NCBI RefSeq assembly: GCF_004010195.1 | Contig: NC_057718.1 | Location: 60,134,137-60,198,136 of the forward strand | Source of the DNA: Chiloscyllium plagiosum | Taxonomy: Eukaryota | Reading direction: 5' to 3' | Length of the DNA: 64,000 nucleotides | Part shown: one piece after another, positions 37,626 through 50,287 of the stretch | Position numbering within the stretch: position 1 is the first letter of the stretch | How the letters are laid out: each line of letters starts with the position of its first letter | Translations under genes and position numbers: made by a program | The notes under the pieces: model-generated | Databases searched by the model: none | Seen by the model: only the letters and a program-made list of their open reading frames with translations | Told to the model about the DNA's origin: nothing

Positions 37626-37958
37626 ATATCTGGATGGCACGGTGGTAGTGGGCGGCATGGTGGCACAGTGGTTAGCACTGCTGCCTCACAGCGCCAGAGA
37701 CCCGAGTTCAATTCCCGACTCAGGCGACTGACTGTGTGGAGTTTGCACGTTCTCCCCGTGTCTGTGTGGGTTTCCTCCGGGTGCTCCGGTTTCCTCCCAC
37801 AGTCACAAAGATGTGCAGGTCAGGTGAATTGGCCATGCTAAATTGCCCGTAGTGTTAGGTAAAGGGGTAAATGTAGGGGAATGGGTGGGTTGCGCTTCGG
37901 CGGGTCGGTGTGGACTTGTTGGGCCGAAGGGCCTGTTTCCACACTGTAAGTAATCTAA
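37626..37958 (+). mobile_element. Young full-length HE1 SINE
   Basis: ggtggcacagtggttagcactgctgcctcacagcgccagagacccgagttcaattccc head, CpGs retained, taatcta tail, 7-bp TSD actacat 37619-37625 / 37959-37965. Confidence 0.95.
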
Positions 37959-38146
37959 ACTACATCCGTTTGTTCAAAATTATCTACCTTCATATCTATA
38001 TGCTCAACAAACTCTAATCATGTTTTCAACAAGATTTCCCTGTAGAAAAACCACATTGACTTATTCTAATTATGGTATGTTTTTCTAAATGCATTGTTAA
38101 GGTTGTCTTGTTAATAGATTACAGCATTTTCTCAACTGATGTTAGG

Positions 38147-38411
38147 TTCCCCTGCAACTCTATTTTGATTTAATCCCTGCCCTCCCCTTCATTTTTTTGA
38201 TAACGCAACTTTGCCCTTTGGTAAGAAGGGACTGCTTGTCACTGGCCACCTTGATGTTTCCTTTCTTCCTGGTGGTGGAAACTGAATAAAGATTTGTATA
38301 CCTGTTGTCTTTCACTGTGTCTCACACCTGCACACACACACACACCACATGGGTGCTGGGAAAAATATAAGCACTACCGCAGTTAGTCGATAGTGTGGGG
38401 GTAAGGACAAA
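38147..38411 (+). mobile_element. 3' UTR fragment of a non-LTR retrotransposon (L1/Tx1-like) with 13-bp TSD
   Basis: aactgatgttagg at 38134-38146 and 38412-38424; AATAAA, (CA)n, terminal hairpin cactac...atagtg and short A tail. Confidence 0.7.
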
Positions 38412-38589
38412 AACTGATGTTAGGCTAACTGGCCTATAGTTCATTGTGTTTCTCTTTCCTCCTTTCTTGAAAAACAGTATACAACTTTGCTAACTTCTAA
38501 TCTGAAGGATCATTCCTGACTTAAAGGAATTTTAGAAACTTGTAGCTAGTGCATCCATTATTGCTGAAGATACCTGTTTAAAAATCCAT

Positions 38590-39230
38590 TCAGCCATTCA
38601 AGCATGACCTGCCATTCAATAAAATCACTGCTAACCTAGAATCGGTCTCAAGTCCACTTTCCAGTCTCCCCTATAATCCTTCACTCCCTCATCTATTAAA
38701 AATCTCTCTAACTCCATCTTGAATAAATTCAAAGGCCTAGCCCTCACTGCTTTCTGAAGAAATGAATTTCACATAATGATAAACTTCACAGAAAGCCAAA
38801 AATCCTTTTAGTTAGAGAAAAACACTGGGGGAGATAGAAAGTGAGTTAATGTTTCAAGTTCACCGTGTTTCTTCTTCAGAATCATCCTTTCAGTATCAAA
38901 CTTATCAATCGCCTCGGGACCATTGATACGTCAAAATAAACACTTCTCATTTTTCTAAACTCAAGCAGGTGTAGGCCCAATCTGTTCAATTTTTCTTCAT
39001 AAGATACACCCAAGAATGAGTTGAATCAATTTTCTATGACTGTTTCTAATGTATTTATTTACTTTTTTTCCAGGACAGTGATCAAAACTATAGTGCACAG
39101 TACAGCAGATGTGGTTTCATCACAAGTCCCATTATTGCTGCAGTAAAACTTCCCCACTAAAGACATGTCAACAGTACGCTTACTTTCATATTTACTTACC
39201 GTACCTTCATATTAATGCTTTGTGAGGCAT
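38590..39230 (-). mobile_element. Old CR1 3' fragment
   Basis: ccattcagcc...gccattcaataaaatcactgct...tctctaactccatcttgaataaattcaa...aggcccaatctgttcaat. Confidence 0.65.
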
Positions 39231-39329
39231 GGCCTATGATATAAGCACATCCATGCAAAGAATTAAGCTGGAGTATTTGGACAACATTCAACCAGAAGTG
39301 TGGAGTAGTTTATTGATTTGGAGGTCCCC

Positions 39330-40799
39330 AGTATTCACAGATGCCAGTTTTTAGTCTATTCAATGTCATCCTCGTGCTATCATGAATTAGCTGAAGGCAT
39401 TGGATGCTACAAAAGCAATGGGCCTGATCACATTCTGGCAATAATACTAAAGACTTGTGTTTCAAAACATGTGTCCCTGGCCAAACTGCCCCAGTACATT
39501 TACAACGCTACCATCCATCCAGCAATGCGGAAAATTGCCCGGGTATGTCATGCACACAAAAAAGCAAGGTAATTCCAACCCAGCCAACTACTGTCACATC
39601 AATCTACTCTTGATTGTCAGTAAAATGTTGGAAGGAATCATCAACAGTAACACTTGCTTAGTAACAACATGCTCACTGATGCCCAGTGTGGATTCTGCCA
39701 GGGGCACTCAGCTGCTTACCTAATTTCAACCTTGGCTTAAGCATGAATGAAAGGGCACACCAAAATGAAAGGCACCATCCAATTCATATGCTAAAGCAGT
39801 ATGATTAGATTAGATTAGATTACTTACAGCGTGGAAACAGGCCCTTCAGCCCAACAAGTCCACACTGACCCGCTGAAGCGCAATCCACCCGTACCCCTGC
39901 ATTTACACCTTCACCTAACACTACAGGCAATTTAGCATGGCCAATTCACCTAACCTGCACATCTTTGGACTGTGGGAGGAAACCGGAGCACCCTGAGGAA
40001 ACCCACGCAGACACGGGGAGAATGTGCAAACTCCACACAGTCAGTCGCCTGAGGCGAGTATGTATCCAAATGCAAAAATAATGTCCATACATGGGCTGAG
40101 AAATGGAAAATAAAATTTTTGACCATACAAGTGCCAGGCAATGACCATCTCTAACAAGAAAGAGCATCTAGCCATTGCCCCTTGATATTCAATGGCAATA
40201 CCATTAATGCATCTCCCTCTGCCAACATACTGGGGGCTACGATTGACCAGAAACAGAATTGGATTAAACATATAAATGCTGTGGCTACCAGAGCAGGGCA
40301 GAAGCTAGGCTTTCTACAGTGAATACCTCATGTCCTGACTCTCTAAAGCCTGTCTATAGTCAACAAGACACAAATCAGGAGTATAATGGAATATTCCCCA
40401 TTTGCCTGAATGAGTGCAGCTCCAAAAATGCTCAAGAACCTTGACACCGTTCACAACTAAATAGCCCACTTGTTTAGACCACATCCATAAATACTGATTA
40501 CATCCATAAGTACTGCCTCCCTCGATCACCGATGCTCAGTATCAAAAGTATTACATCTGCAAGATGCCTTGCAGAAATTCATCAAGGCCCCATTGACAGC
40601 AGCTTCCAAGTCCACAGTCCCCACCATCCAAAAGGACAAGGACAGTAGATAATAGGAACACCACTATCTGTAAGTTTCTTCACAAGCCCTCCAACATATT
40701 GACTTAGAGCTAAATTGCTATTCCTTCAGTGTCTCAGTCCTAGAATTCTCTTCCTAACAGTATTGTGGGTGTACCTACTTCAAGTGGATTGCAACAGTT
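39330..40799 (+). mobile_element. CR1-clade LINE of a second family (ORF2 remnant; 3' UTR resumes ~42601-42700)
   Basis: KSNGPDHILAIILKTC and SNPANYCHINLLLIVSKMLEGIIN (NYRPISLL-like motif). Confidence 0.8.
39804..40057 (-). mobile_element. HE1 SINE, 5'-truncated
   Basis: (attag)n tail; reverse complement of the 37720-37955 body. Confidence 0.93.
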
Positions 40800-42600
40800 A
40801 GAGTCATAGAGTCATAGAGTCATAGAGATGTACAGCATGGAAACAGACCCTTTGGTCCAACCTGTCCATGCCGACCAGATATCCCAACCCAATCTAGTTT
40901 CACCTGCCAGCACAGGCCTATATCCCTCCAAACCCTTCCTATTCATATACCCATTCAAATGCCTCTTAATCATTGCAATTGTACCAGCCTCCACCACATC
41001 CTCTGGCAGCTCATTCCATACACATACCACCCTCTGCGTTAAAAAGTTGTCCCTTAGGTCTCTTTTATATCTTTCCCCTCTCATCCTAAACCTATGCCCT
41101 CTAGTTCTGGACTCCCTGACCCCAGGGAAAAGACTTTGCCTATTTATCCTATCCATGCCCCTCATAATTTTGTAAACCTCTATAAGATCACCCCTCAGCC
41201 TCCGACGCTCCAAGGAAAACAGCCCCAGCCTGTTCAGCCTCTCCCTGTAGCTCAGATCCTCCAACCCTGGCAACATCCTTGTAAATCTTTTCTGAACCCT
41301 TTCAAGTTTCACAACATCTTTCCGATACGAAGGAGACCAGAATNNNNNNNNNNNNNNNNNNNNNNNNNNNNNNNNNNNNNNNNNNNNNNNNNNNNNNNNN
41401 NNNNNNNNNNNNNNNNNNNNNNNNNNNNNNNNNNNNNNNNNNNNNNNNNNNNNNNNNNNNNNNNNNNNNNNNNNNNNNNNNNNNNNNNNNNNNNNNNNNN
41501 NNNNNNNNNNNNNNNNNNNNNNNNNNNNNNNNNNNNNNNNNNNNNNNNNNNNNNNNNNNNNNNNNNNNNNNNNNNNNNNNNNNNNNNNNNNNNNNNNNNN
41601 NNNNNNNNNNNNNNNNNNNNNNNNNNNNNNNNNNNNNNNNNNNNNNNNNNNNNNNNNNNNNNNNNNNNNNNNNNNNNNNNNNNNNNNNNNNNNNNNNNNN
41701 NNNNNNNNNNNNNNNNNNNNNNNNNNNNNNNNNNNNNNNNNNNNNNNNNNNNNNNNNNNNNNNNNNNNNNNNNNNNNNNNNNNNNNNNNNNNNNNNNNNN
41801 NNNNNNNNNNNNNNNNNNNNNNNNNNNNNNNNNNNNNNNNNNNNNNNNNNNNNNNNNNNNNNNNNNNNNNNNNNNNNNNNNNNNNNNNNNNNNNNNNNNN
41901 NNNNNNNNNNNNNNNNNNNNNNNNNNNNNNNNNNNNNNNNNNNNNNNNNNNNNNNNNNNNNNNNNNNNNNNNNNNNNNNNNNNNNNNNNNNNNNNNNNNN
42001 NNNNNNNNNNNNNNNNNNNNNNNNNNNNNNNNNNNNNNNNNNNNNNNNNNNNNNNNNNNNNNNNNNNNNNNNNNNNNNTTATCCACTTTTAACCGTTTCA
42101 AGACATCCAGCACTTTCTCCTCTGTATATCTGGACGTTTTGCAAGATGTCACCATCTATTTCCCTACAGTCTATATCTTCCATATCCTTTTCCACAGTAA
42201 ATACTGATGCAAAATATTCATTTAGTATCTTCCCCATTTTCTGTGGCTCCACACAAAGGCCGCCTTGCTGATCTTTGAGGGGCCCTATTCTCTCCCTAGT
42301 TACCCTTTTGTCCTTAATGTATTTGTAAGAACTCTTTGAATTCTCCTTAATTCTATTTGCCAAAGCTATCTCATGTCCCCGTTTTGCCCTCCTGATTTCC
42401 CTCTTAAGTATACTTCCACTTTCGTTATACTCTTCTAAGGATTCACTTGATCTATCCTGTCTATACCTGACATATGCTTCCTTCTTTTTATTTACTAAAC
42501 CCTCAATTTCTTTAGTCATCCAGCATTCCCTATACCTACCAGCCTTCCCTTTCACCCTGACAGGAATATACTTTCTCTGGATTCTCGTTATCTCATTTCC
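40800..42600 (-). mobile_element. Young HER1/CR1 LINE spanning the assembly gap
   Basis: (gagtcata)3 tail; FWSPSYRKDVVKLERVQKRFTRMLPG below the gap and YIPVRVKGKAGR...IGPLKDQQG...LNEYFASVFT above it. Confidence 0.93.
41344..42078. other. Assembly gap (735 N)
   Basis: Run of N. Confidence 1.
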
Positions 42601-42796
42601 AGCCAGTTCAAAAAGACAGTTCATTATCTTGAGAACAATTAGGAATAGGCAATAAATAGTTGATGATTTAGTGGAGTCTACATCCCCTAAGTTAATTTTA
42701 AAAAACAAACCCTTCTGAACCTTAAATTTCTGCTTTTCTATTCTTTTTTCAAATAGATAGCACCACTGTGGAAAGGTGCAGCATGAAGGGAATTTG

Positions 42797-43250
42797 GAGT
42801 CACTGAGTCATAGAGTCATAGAGATGTACAGCACCAAAACAGACCCTTCAGTTCAACCCATCCATGCTGATCACATATCCCAACCTAATCTAGTCCCATT
42901 TGCCAGTATCTGGCTCATATCCTGTTAAACTCTTCCTATCCATGTACCCATCCAGATGGCTTTTAAATATTGTCATTTTATCAGCCGCCACCACTTCCTT
43001 GGCAGCTCATTTCATATATGCACCACCCTCTGTGTGAAAACATTGCCCCCTTAGGTCCCTTTAATATCTTTCCCCTCTCATCTTAAACCTGTGCCCTCCA
43101 GTTTTGGACTCCCTGTCCCGGACAAAAGACCTTAACTATTTATCATATCATACCCCTAATGATTTTTAAACCTCTGTAGAGTCAGCCCTCACCCTCTACA
43201 TTCCAAGGAAAATAGCCCCAGTCTACTCAGTCTCTCCGTTTCACTAAAAC
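42797..43250 (-). mobile_element. HER1/CR1 3' end
   Basis: gagtcatagagtcatagagatgtacagc tail; body homologous to 40800-41240. Confidence 0.9.
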
Positions 43251-43347
43251 CTTCAAAATGGTTTCACAGGAAAAATGGAAGGCCTTTTGTTTCAAAGGAA
43301 TGGAATATAAAAATAGGAATTCTTGCTAAAACAACGCAAAGACATTA

Positions 43348-45470
43348 GTCATAGAGTCCTATAGCACTAACAGGCCCTTTGGCCCAAACTGGTCCATGCT
43401 GACCAAAATGTCCATCTATGCTAACGCCATTTCTCTGCACTTGGCCCATATCTTTCTAAACCTTTCCTATCTATGTATTTGTCTTAATGCCTTTTAAATG
43501 TTGTTAATGTACTCAACTCAATCACGACTGCTGGCAGCTCATTCCATATACATACCACCCTCTGTGTAAAAAAGGTTGCCCTCAAGTTCCCATTTATTCT
43601 TTCCCCTCTAACCATAAACTTATATCTGTTAGTTCACGATTGCCCAATCCTGGGAAAAAGACTGAATGTATTCATCCTATCCATGCGTCTCATGATCATA
43701 TACACTTCCATAAGATCCCCCCTCAGTACCCTATACTTGAAAATAGAAGGTCCTGGCTTGTCCAATCTCTCCCTATAACTCAAATCTTTGAGTCCTGGCA
43801 ACACCCTTATAAATTTCTTCTGCATTCTTTCCAGTTCAATGTGATCCTTTCTATAACAAGGTGACCAAAACCGAACACAATACTCCAAGTGCAGCCTCAT
43901 CAATATCCTGTACAACTGCAAAATAACTTCCCAGCTTCTATACTTAATGCCCTGACTGATGAAGGCCAGTGTACCAAAAGCCTTCTTCACCACCCTGTCT
44001 ATTTGTGACTCCACTTTCAGAGAACCATGCACCTGAACTCTGTTCCACTTCACTCCTTCAGGCCCTACCATTCACCATGAAATTTCTACCTTGATTTTCA
44101 AAATGCAAGACCTAGCACTTTTCTATTTTAAATCCCATTTGCCATTTCTCGGCCCATTTCCCAAGCTGATTTCTGATAACCTTCCTCACTATCTACAATA
44201 CCGCTTAATTTAGTGTCATCTACAAATGTACTAATCTTGCCTTGTACATTCCATCCAAATCATTGATACAGATATCAACAGTAATGGGCCCAGCTCCAAC
44301 CCCTGAGACACTCTACTCATCACAGGCCTTCAGTCTGACAAGTATCCTTCCACTATTACCCTCTGCTTCCTACCATCAAGTCAATTGTGCATCCAATTTG
44401 ACAGCAATTCCTGGATTCCATATGATCTAAGCTTCCAGAGCAGTCTACTATGTGGAACCTTATTAAAGGCCTTACTGAAATTCAAACAGACTACATCTGC
44501 CACCTTGTCCTCGTCAACGTTCTTAGCCATTTCATCAAAGAACTCCAATAAATTTGTGAGGCATGATCTCCCATGAACAAAGCCATGCTGACTGCTCCTA
44601 ATTGAGCCCTGTCTTTCCAAGTACATGTCTATCTTATCCCTCAGAATCTTCTGAAGATATTTACCTACCATACATGTTAGGCTTACTGGTATATAGTTCT
44701 TTTGCAGCCCTTCTTGAATAAAGGCACAGCATTCACTACCTCCAGTCTTCAGGGACCTCAGCCATGGCTAACAATGATGCAAGAATGTCAGCCAGGGCCC
44801 TCGCAATTTCTTCTCTAGCCTTTTGCAGTGTTCTTGGATATATCCAGTCAGAACCTGGAGATGTATCCACCTGCATACATTTTAATACATCCAATACCTC
44901 CTTTATAACAATATGGACTGTCTGCAAGCTATACCATATGTCTTTCTCCATGGAAGAAATATTTATTGAGGACCTCACCTCTCTTCTGCTGTTCTACACA
45001 TACATGTCTACTTTGGTCCTTGAGGTGTCCTATTCTCTCTCTAATTATTCTTTTTCCTTTAATATACTTACAGAACCTCTTTGAATTTACCATAATCTTC
45101 TTAGCCAAGGCTATCTCATGCCTGCTGTTCACCCTCCTGATTTCCTTCTTCAATAAACTCCTGTATCCTTTATATGCCTCCAGGGATTCCCTTGATCCTA
45201 ACTGCCTGTACCTGAACATGCATCCTTCTTTTTTCTGGTCAAAGCCTCAGTATATCTTGTCATCCAGGCTTCCCTATTCATGTCAACATTACTCTTCACC
45301 CTCACAGGAAAGTATATATCTTGAACGCTTGCTATCTCACTTTTAAAGGCCTCCCACCTGCCAGAGGTACCTTTCCCTGCAAACAAACTACTCCAATCAA
45401 CCCCTGAAAGCTGCTGTCTAAGTCCATCAAAATCTGCCTTGTCCCAATTTAGAACTTGGACTTGTGAGTT
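43348..45470 (-). mobile_element. CR1 ORF2 remnant (~2.1 kb) nested in an older + strand CR1
   Basis: Minus ORFs SQHGFVHGRSCLTNLLEFFD...DVVCLNFSKAFNKVPH; TSPGSDWIYPRTL; LEYCVRFWSPCYRKD. Confidence 0.92.
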
Positions 45471-45955
45471 AAACCACATGTTGAATTATCTGAACAGTTT
45501 TGTGCCCTATATAAGGAAATATGTATTGATATTGGAGGCAGTTGAGACAAGGTTCACTAGTTTGATTCTAGTGTGGAGGAATTTTCTTATGAGGAGAGAT
45601 TGAGCAAGTTTGGGTTGTGCCACAGGAGTTTGGAAAAATGAGAGGACTCATTGAAGCGTATGTGATTCTTAGGGTTGAGAGTATAGATACGGAGAGGTTG
45701 TTTCGCCTTGTGGAGATTTAGGATCAGAGGGTACAATCTCAGAATAACGGGTCACCCATTTAAGACAGGAGTGAGACAAAATTTCTTCTCTCAGATGTTT
45801 CTGAATATCTGAAATTCTTTACGACAAAGGTCTATTGCGACTGAGGTTTTAAGCATTTTCAAGGCTGAGTTAGGCAGGTGAGGATTATCCATTTCAGTCA
45901 TGATCTCATTTGATGGAGGAGTAAATGTGATGGGCCAAATGGCTGACATCTTCTA
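45470..45955 (+). mobile_element. Older CR1 3' end (continues from ~43260-43347)
   Basis: aaagacattag|...|gttaaaccacatgttgaattat rejoins an LVRPHLEY-like motif; ttggaggcagttgagacaaggttcactag. Confidence 0.7.
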
Positions 45956-46036
45956 GCCTTGCAGTGATAGCGATTGTTTCAAGTTCTTTCCTTCTACTTC
46001 TTCATTTTCATGTATCTTGAAAAGCTTTCTTACCCT

Positions 46037-46977
46037 TTTAGATTTAGATTTAGATTTTTATTATCAGGTGTCCTTGAGTACAAATGTACAGGCGTACAAT
46101 GAAAAGTCTGTAATTTCATCAAACAAAGTGCCATCTTAGGTATAAGTATTGAGGTACAGAATCATAGGAACGAGATAGAATGAAAGAATAAAGTTCGAAG
46201 TTAAACATTATGGTAATTCTTAAATAAAGCTAAACGTCAAACATTATAGTCTTTTGAAAGTGCTTAGCTATGCTGGGCCTACACTTCCAATAATGGCTTG
46301 ATCTCCTCCACTTTGCCATGTTTTCCCTGCACTGTCCATTCCAGGAGTCCTATCACGTTGCCATCTTCTCTGTCAACCGCACAGGCCACCCTGCCACTGA
46401 AAGCCAATGGCACCACCACTGCGCTGTGTCCATCGAGGTTGAAGACACCCTGTTCCGATGTCATCACTCACTGCTGGACCCACAATCACTGCTGTCATGA
46501 CCTCCCTAAAGGCTCGTTCCTTTCGTGCTGGTTTTAGTCTTCCAGCCGCCACTACCATACATGCTTATGAGGCTAGGCCCACTCTTGCCCTGCCAAGGAT
46601 GCCGAAAGGTCTTGTCTTCAGCCGCCGCCAATGCAGCCACAAGGAATGGCTGGATCTAAACCACTGTTGCATCCTTCCAGTACCTCCTTCCTCATGAATC
46701 CTGAACTAAGTGCTGATCCAGCTCTAGGACCACCTCGACAGAAGCCAATGGGAACCTAACCTGACCTCCGTCCATGACTGTCACGAGTCCACTGTCGGGG
46801 CTACTTCTCACCTCCATCACTGGGACCAAGCTCTTCACCAAAAGGTAAGTAAGCTATGATAAAAGAGGATAAAAAATGAGAGAAGAGAAACAGAAAAATT
46901 AAAGAAACAAGATGAAAAGAAAATGGATGGACTGGGCAAACCCTGTGCTCAGAAGTCCCACTCTGCTGCCATTTTTT
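46037..46977 (-). mobile_element. ~940-bp non-coding non-LTR-type element with AATAAA and (TCTAAA)3 tail
   Basis: Minus strand starts aaaatggcagcag, then a pyrimidine tract and GC-rich middle, and ends tacctaagatggcact...cttttcattgtac...gataataaaaatctaaatctaaatctaaa. Confidence 0.6.
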
Positions 46978-46979
46978 AC

Positions 46980-48070
46980 TGTGAAGACTGATACAAAACA
47001 AATTAAACCAACATTTCCTTGGTTTCCATTATAATTCCCCAAAAATATTCTTTAGCAGACTAACACGAGTTTAATTTGACTTTTCCTGTGTAAGTACTTA
47101 TAGAAAGCCTTTCTTTTACGTTTCTCACTGTCTTTAATCAAGCTATACTTTCTCCTTTTTATTCTTATGTCATTTTTTTTCCTGCATCAGGACAATCTGA
47201 GCAATCCTCTGATCCAGCTATAAATCTTGCTGATCATTATTGTGTTTCTTTCATTTTGATCATATAATTCACTTCCTTATTCAGATTTAGATCCGTATCT
47301 GCATCTTTCACAAAGTGTCTTTCGTTCTGACTTGGAGAAATATTTGCTAAGAGTTATTGAAAATCTGCCATTGTAGCTCCATGGTTTAACCTTTTAACCT
47401 GGTTTTCCAGTTTGATTTAGCTTTCTAGTTTTATAATTATCTTCATTCAAGTTTAAAACATTAGTCTGGGACGTACCCTTTAAAACTGAACATGAAATTC
47501 TAACATGCTCAAAACATTGCCACCCAGAGGTTCCTTGACAATGAATGCATTGATTAATCTTATCTGCTCATTTTCAGATCTAGAATACCCTTCCTCTTAT
47601 TTGGCTGTAGAACACTCTATGAACTAATTCTCAGTTTACACTTGCCAGATGATTCTTTCAAACTACACATAAGTTAATATCACCCATACCTTTCTTACAC
47701 ACCCTATTTATTTCTTACATTATACTCCATCTTATGATGTATTTACTATTAGGAGGGCTATAAACCACTTCCAAAAGTTGCCTCTTATTCCTTATCTCCA
47801 TTGAAAGCTTGCTTTTGCTGTCTCCACCTAAGGACATCTCTTGCCATTAATAATGTGCTTTCTCAGCTGAGATACCCTTCCACCATTTCCTAACTTTCTA
47901 TCATTTCAAAATGTTAAATATCCTTCAATATTCAGTACTCAATCTTGGGTACCCTGCAAACTTGTGTCTATAATGCCTGTCAGAGTATACATATTTATTT
48001 CCAATAGTGTTAATCAGTTATCCATTTTGTTTTGAATGCCAGGTGCATCCAGATACTGTGCTTTGCAACC
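46980..48070 (-). mobile_element. Very old CR1 endonuclease-region remnant
   Basis: ggtgcatccagatactgtgcttt reads KAQYLDA on - (KALYLNA-like start of the AP endonuclease); ctgtgaagactgatacaaaa reads FVSVFT. Confidence 0.5.
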
Positions 48071-49599
48071 TCTGGCCCTTACGTGCTGGTGCGTTCTTAA
48101 GTTTGTACTCTTGTCCCTTCCTGCCATATTCTCATTACCATTATCCAAAATGTTCTGTTCTGATGCACCTCTTCATTCACCAGCTGCAACCCTGTGGTTT
48201 GCTAAGAACGATGACTGAAAAATCATTAATAGCTAATGGAGTGTAAACCTCAACCATTTCTTCATTTTCTGATTACCAAGAAAAAGAAATGTTTAGTAAG
48301 TATTGATAGGTGTGCGATGCAGTTGTATAAACTGTGGCATTTGCTAGGCAGCTGTCTTCATAAAACATACTATGTTTGATTTTGGTGCCAGTTATGGAAC
48401 CAAAGCCATAGTTCTCTTTATCAGACGCCATTTATTTATAAATTGTAATTCCTAATGATATGCAAGCTTGAAAGTAATTCTATCAACAGGTTTTGAAAAA
48501 GAAGTTTGAGCAAATGTACAATAGATGTGAAGAGATTTGGGGTGAAATTGGTCTTTGCTGTTATTAGGGTTAAGTAGCTTAATAGTGGCACAAGAGCCCA
48601 TTTACACTGCACCTAACACTCTATTCAGTTGACTTCACTTGGAACCAAGGTTTCTACTGGACTAGATTTGGTCATTTAGTTTTCCTACATGCTGATAAAA
48701 TAACATATCTCAATCCCTAAAGTGTAAAATTGAATCAAAGTGTGATTAAAAGCAAAGTATGGAATTGATTCCTGTTTAACTAAAGAAATTTTACATAAAT
48801 GTATCTGTAACCAGCGAGGAGAAAATGAAGAAATTCGTACTAACAATAAATCTATTATAACCTATCTTTTTTACTGTCCTCTGTTTTATTATTTTTCCTT
48901 TTGCCATAAATTGGGAATGAGTTCCCAATGCTAAGCCTGAAATGATTGCCCAGCAAGGTTTACTGAGCAGCTGTTCAGTGTGTTTGTCAATAACTTTATG
49001 ACCCGTGTTTATGTCGGCGATAAATTTCTATGCTTGGTGGTATGTAGACCTGTCTTTATGGGTCTTTATCTCTTTATTCTTTAAACTAGGAAAGGGTCCA
49101 CATTGTAGAGAATGCTGCTCAAACAATACATAAAAATAGTGCAATGAGAAATATGGTGTAGGAAGAAAGACAGGCTGGAGAACTTAATGGGCTGAGAAAC
49201 AGGAAAATCAGTTTCTTACCACGAAGACAAACTTTAACGATCACATTTTCTCCCTTGATGAATCCTCTTCCATCAGGAGCAAGAAGCCTACCTGCATGCA
49301 TTAGTGTCTCATTAGTAGCACAACTCATTGGAATTAACTTTCCTTCCTAATTGGCTTCTATTCAATTCAGAAACTCAATCCTTCAAATATCTGATGGCAA
49401 AAAAAAACAGGCATGTACCTGTGCATTGCATTTCTTCCTCCACATTGGGGAATATTTGCTGCTTTGTCCTTACTGAGATTAGGATTTAAATGATGCTCAT
49501 ATTCACTCGCACTGTCACTTCTCCAATTGCGGTTGATATGTCCAAGTGGATTGAGGCAGCCTGTCTCCCTGGCCTCTGGGCAGTGTTGCCAAACAAACA

Positions 49600-50287
49600 G
49601 ATCTTGGAGTGCAACTTCATAGTACCGCAAAACTGCAGTTACAGACAGACAGGGTGGTGAAGAAGGTGTTTGGTACACTTGCCTTTATTGTTCAGTGCAT
49701 TGAATACAGAAATTGGGGTCATGTTGCAGCTGCACAGGATATTGATTAGGAATATTGCATTCAATTAGGAATTACTTTAGGAAAGATGTTGTTAAACTTG
49801 AAAGGTGCTGTAAAGATTTACAAGGATGTTGCCAGGGTTGGAGGGTTTGAGCTAAAAGGAAAGGCTGAATAGGCTAGGGCTATTTTGCCTTGGCATATTC
49901 GAGGCTGAGGAGTGACATTATAGAAATTTATAAAATCATGAAGGTCATGGAGAGGCTGAATAGCAAAGGTCTTTTACCCAGAGTAGAAGTATCCAAAACT
50001 AGAGGCATAGGTTTAAGGTGAGAGGAGAAAAACATAAAAGGACCTAAGGGCAACCTTGTCAAGCAGAGGGTAGTGTGTTTTTGGAATGAGCTGACAGAGG
50101 AAGTGGTGGAGGCTGGTACAATTACAACATTTAAAAGCTTTCTGGATAGGTATATGAATAGGAAGGGTTTATAGGGATACGGGCCAAATGCTGGAAAATG
50201 GTAGTACGTTAATTTAGGATATCTGGCCAGCATGGACATTTTCAACCAAAGTGTTTGTTTCTGTGCTGTACAACTCTATGACTCTAT
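49600..50287 (+). mobile_element. HER1/CR1 3' fragment
   Basis: gacagggtggtgaagaaggtgtttgg...aaaactagaggcataggtttaagg...ctctatgactcta tail. Confidence 0.9.

Larger units (their letters stand above)
36210..38580 (-). mobile_element. Old CR1 ORF2 fragment hosting several younger insertions
   Basis: Minus ORF MEAVKQNFMKLAPSISGFSCEEKLSKLGLYSL; ctttgtatcatcagccaac (FADDTK-like); tttggaaaatccagatatactacat. Confidence 0.65.

Noticed and set aside
37655..37720. tRNA gene
   Set aside because: The A/B boxes belong to the HE1 SINE head and run directly into the SINE body.
40812..42155. 447-aa and 332-aa ORFs
   Set aside because: Artefacts of translating across the 735-N gap inside a HER1 LINE.
49220..49291. 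72-nt minus-strand exon candidate (GRLLAPDGRGFIKGENVIVKVCLR)
   Set aside because: Good donor, but no polypyrimidine tract and the peptide is unrecognised.
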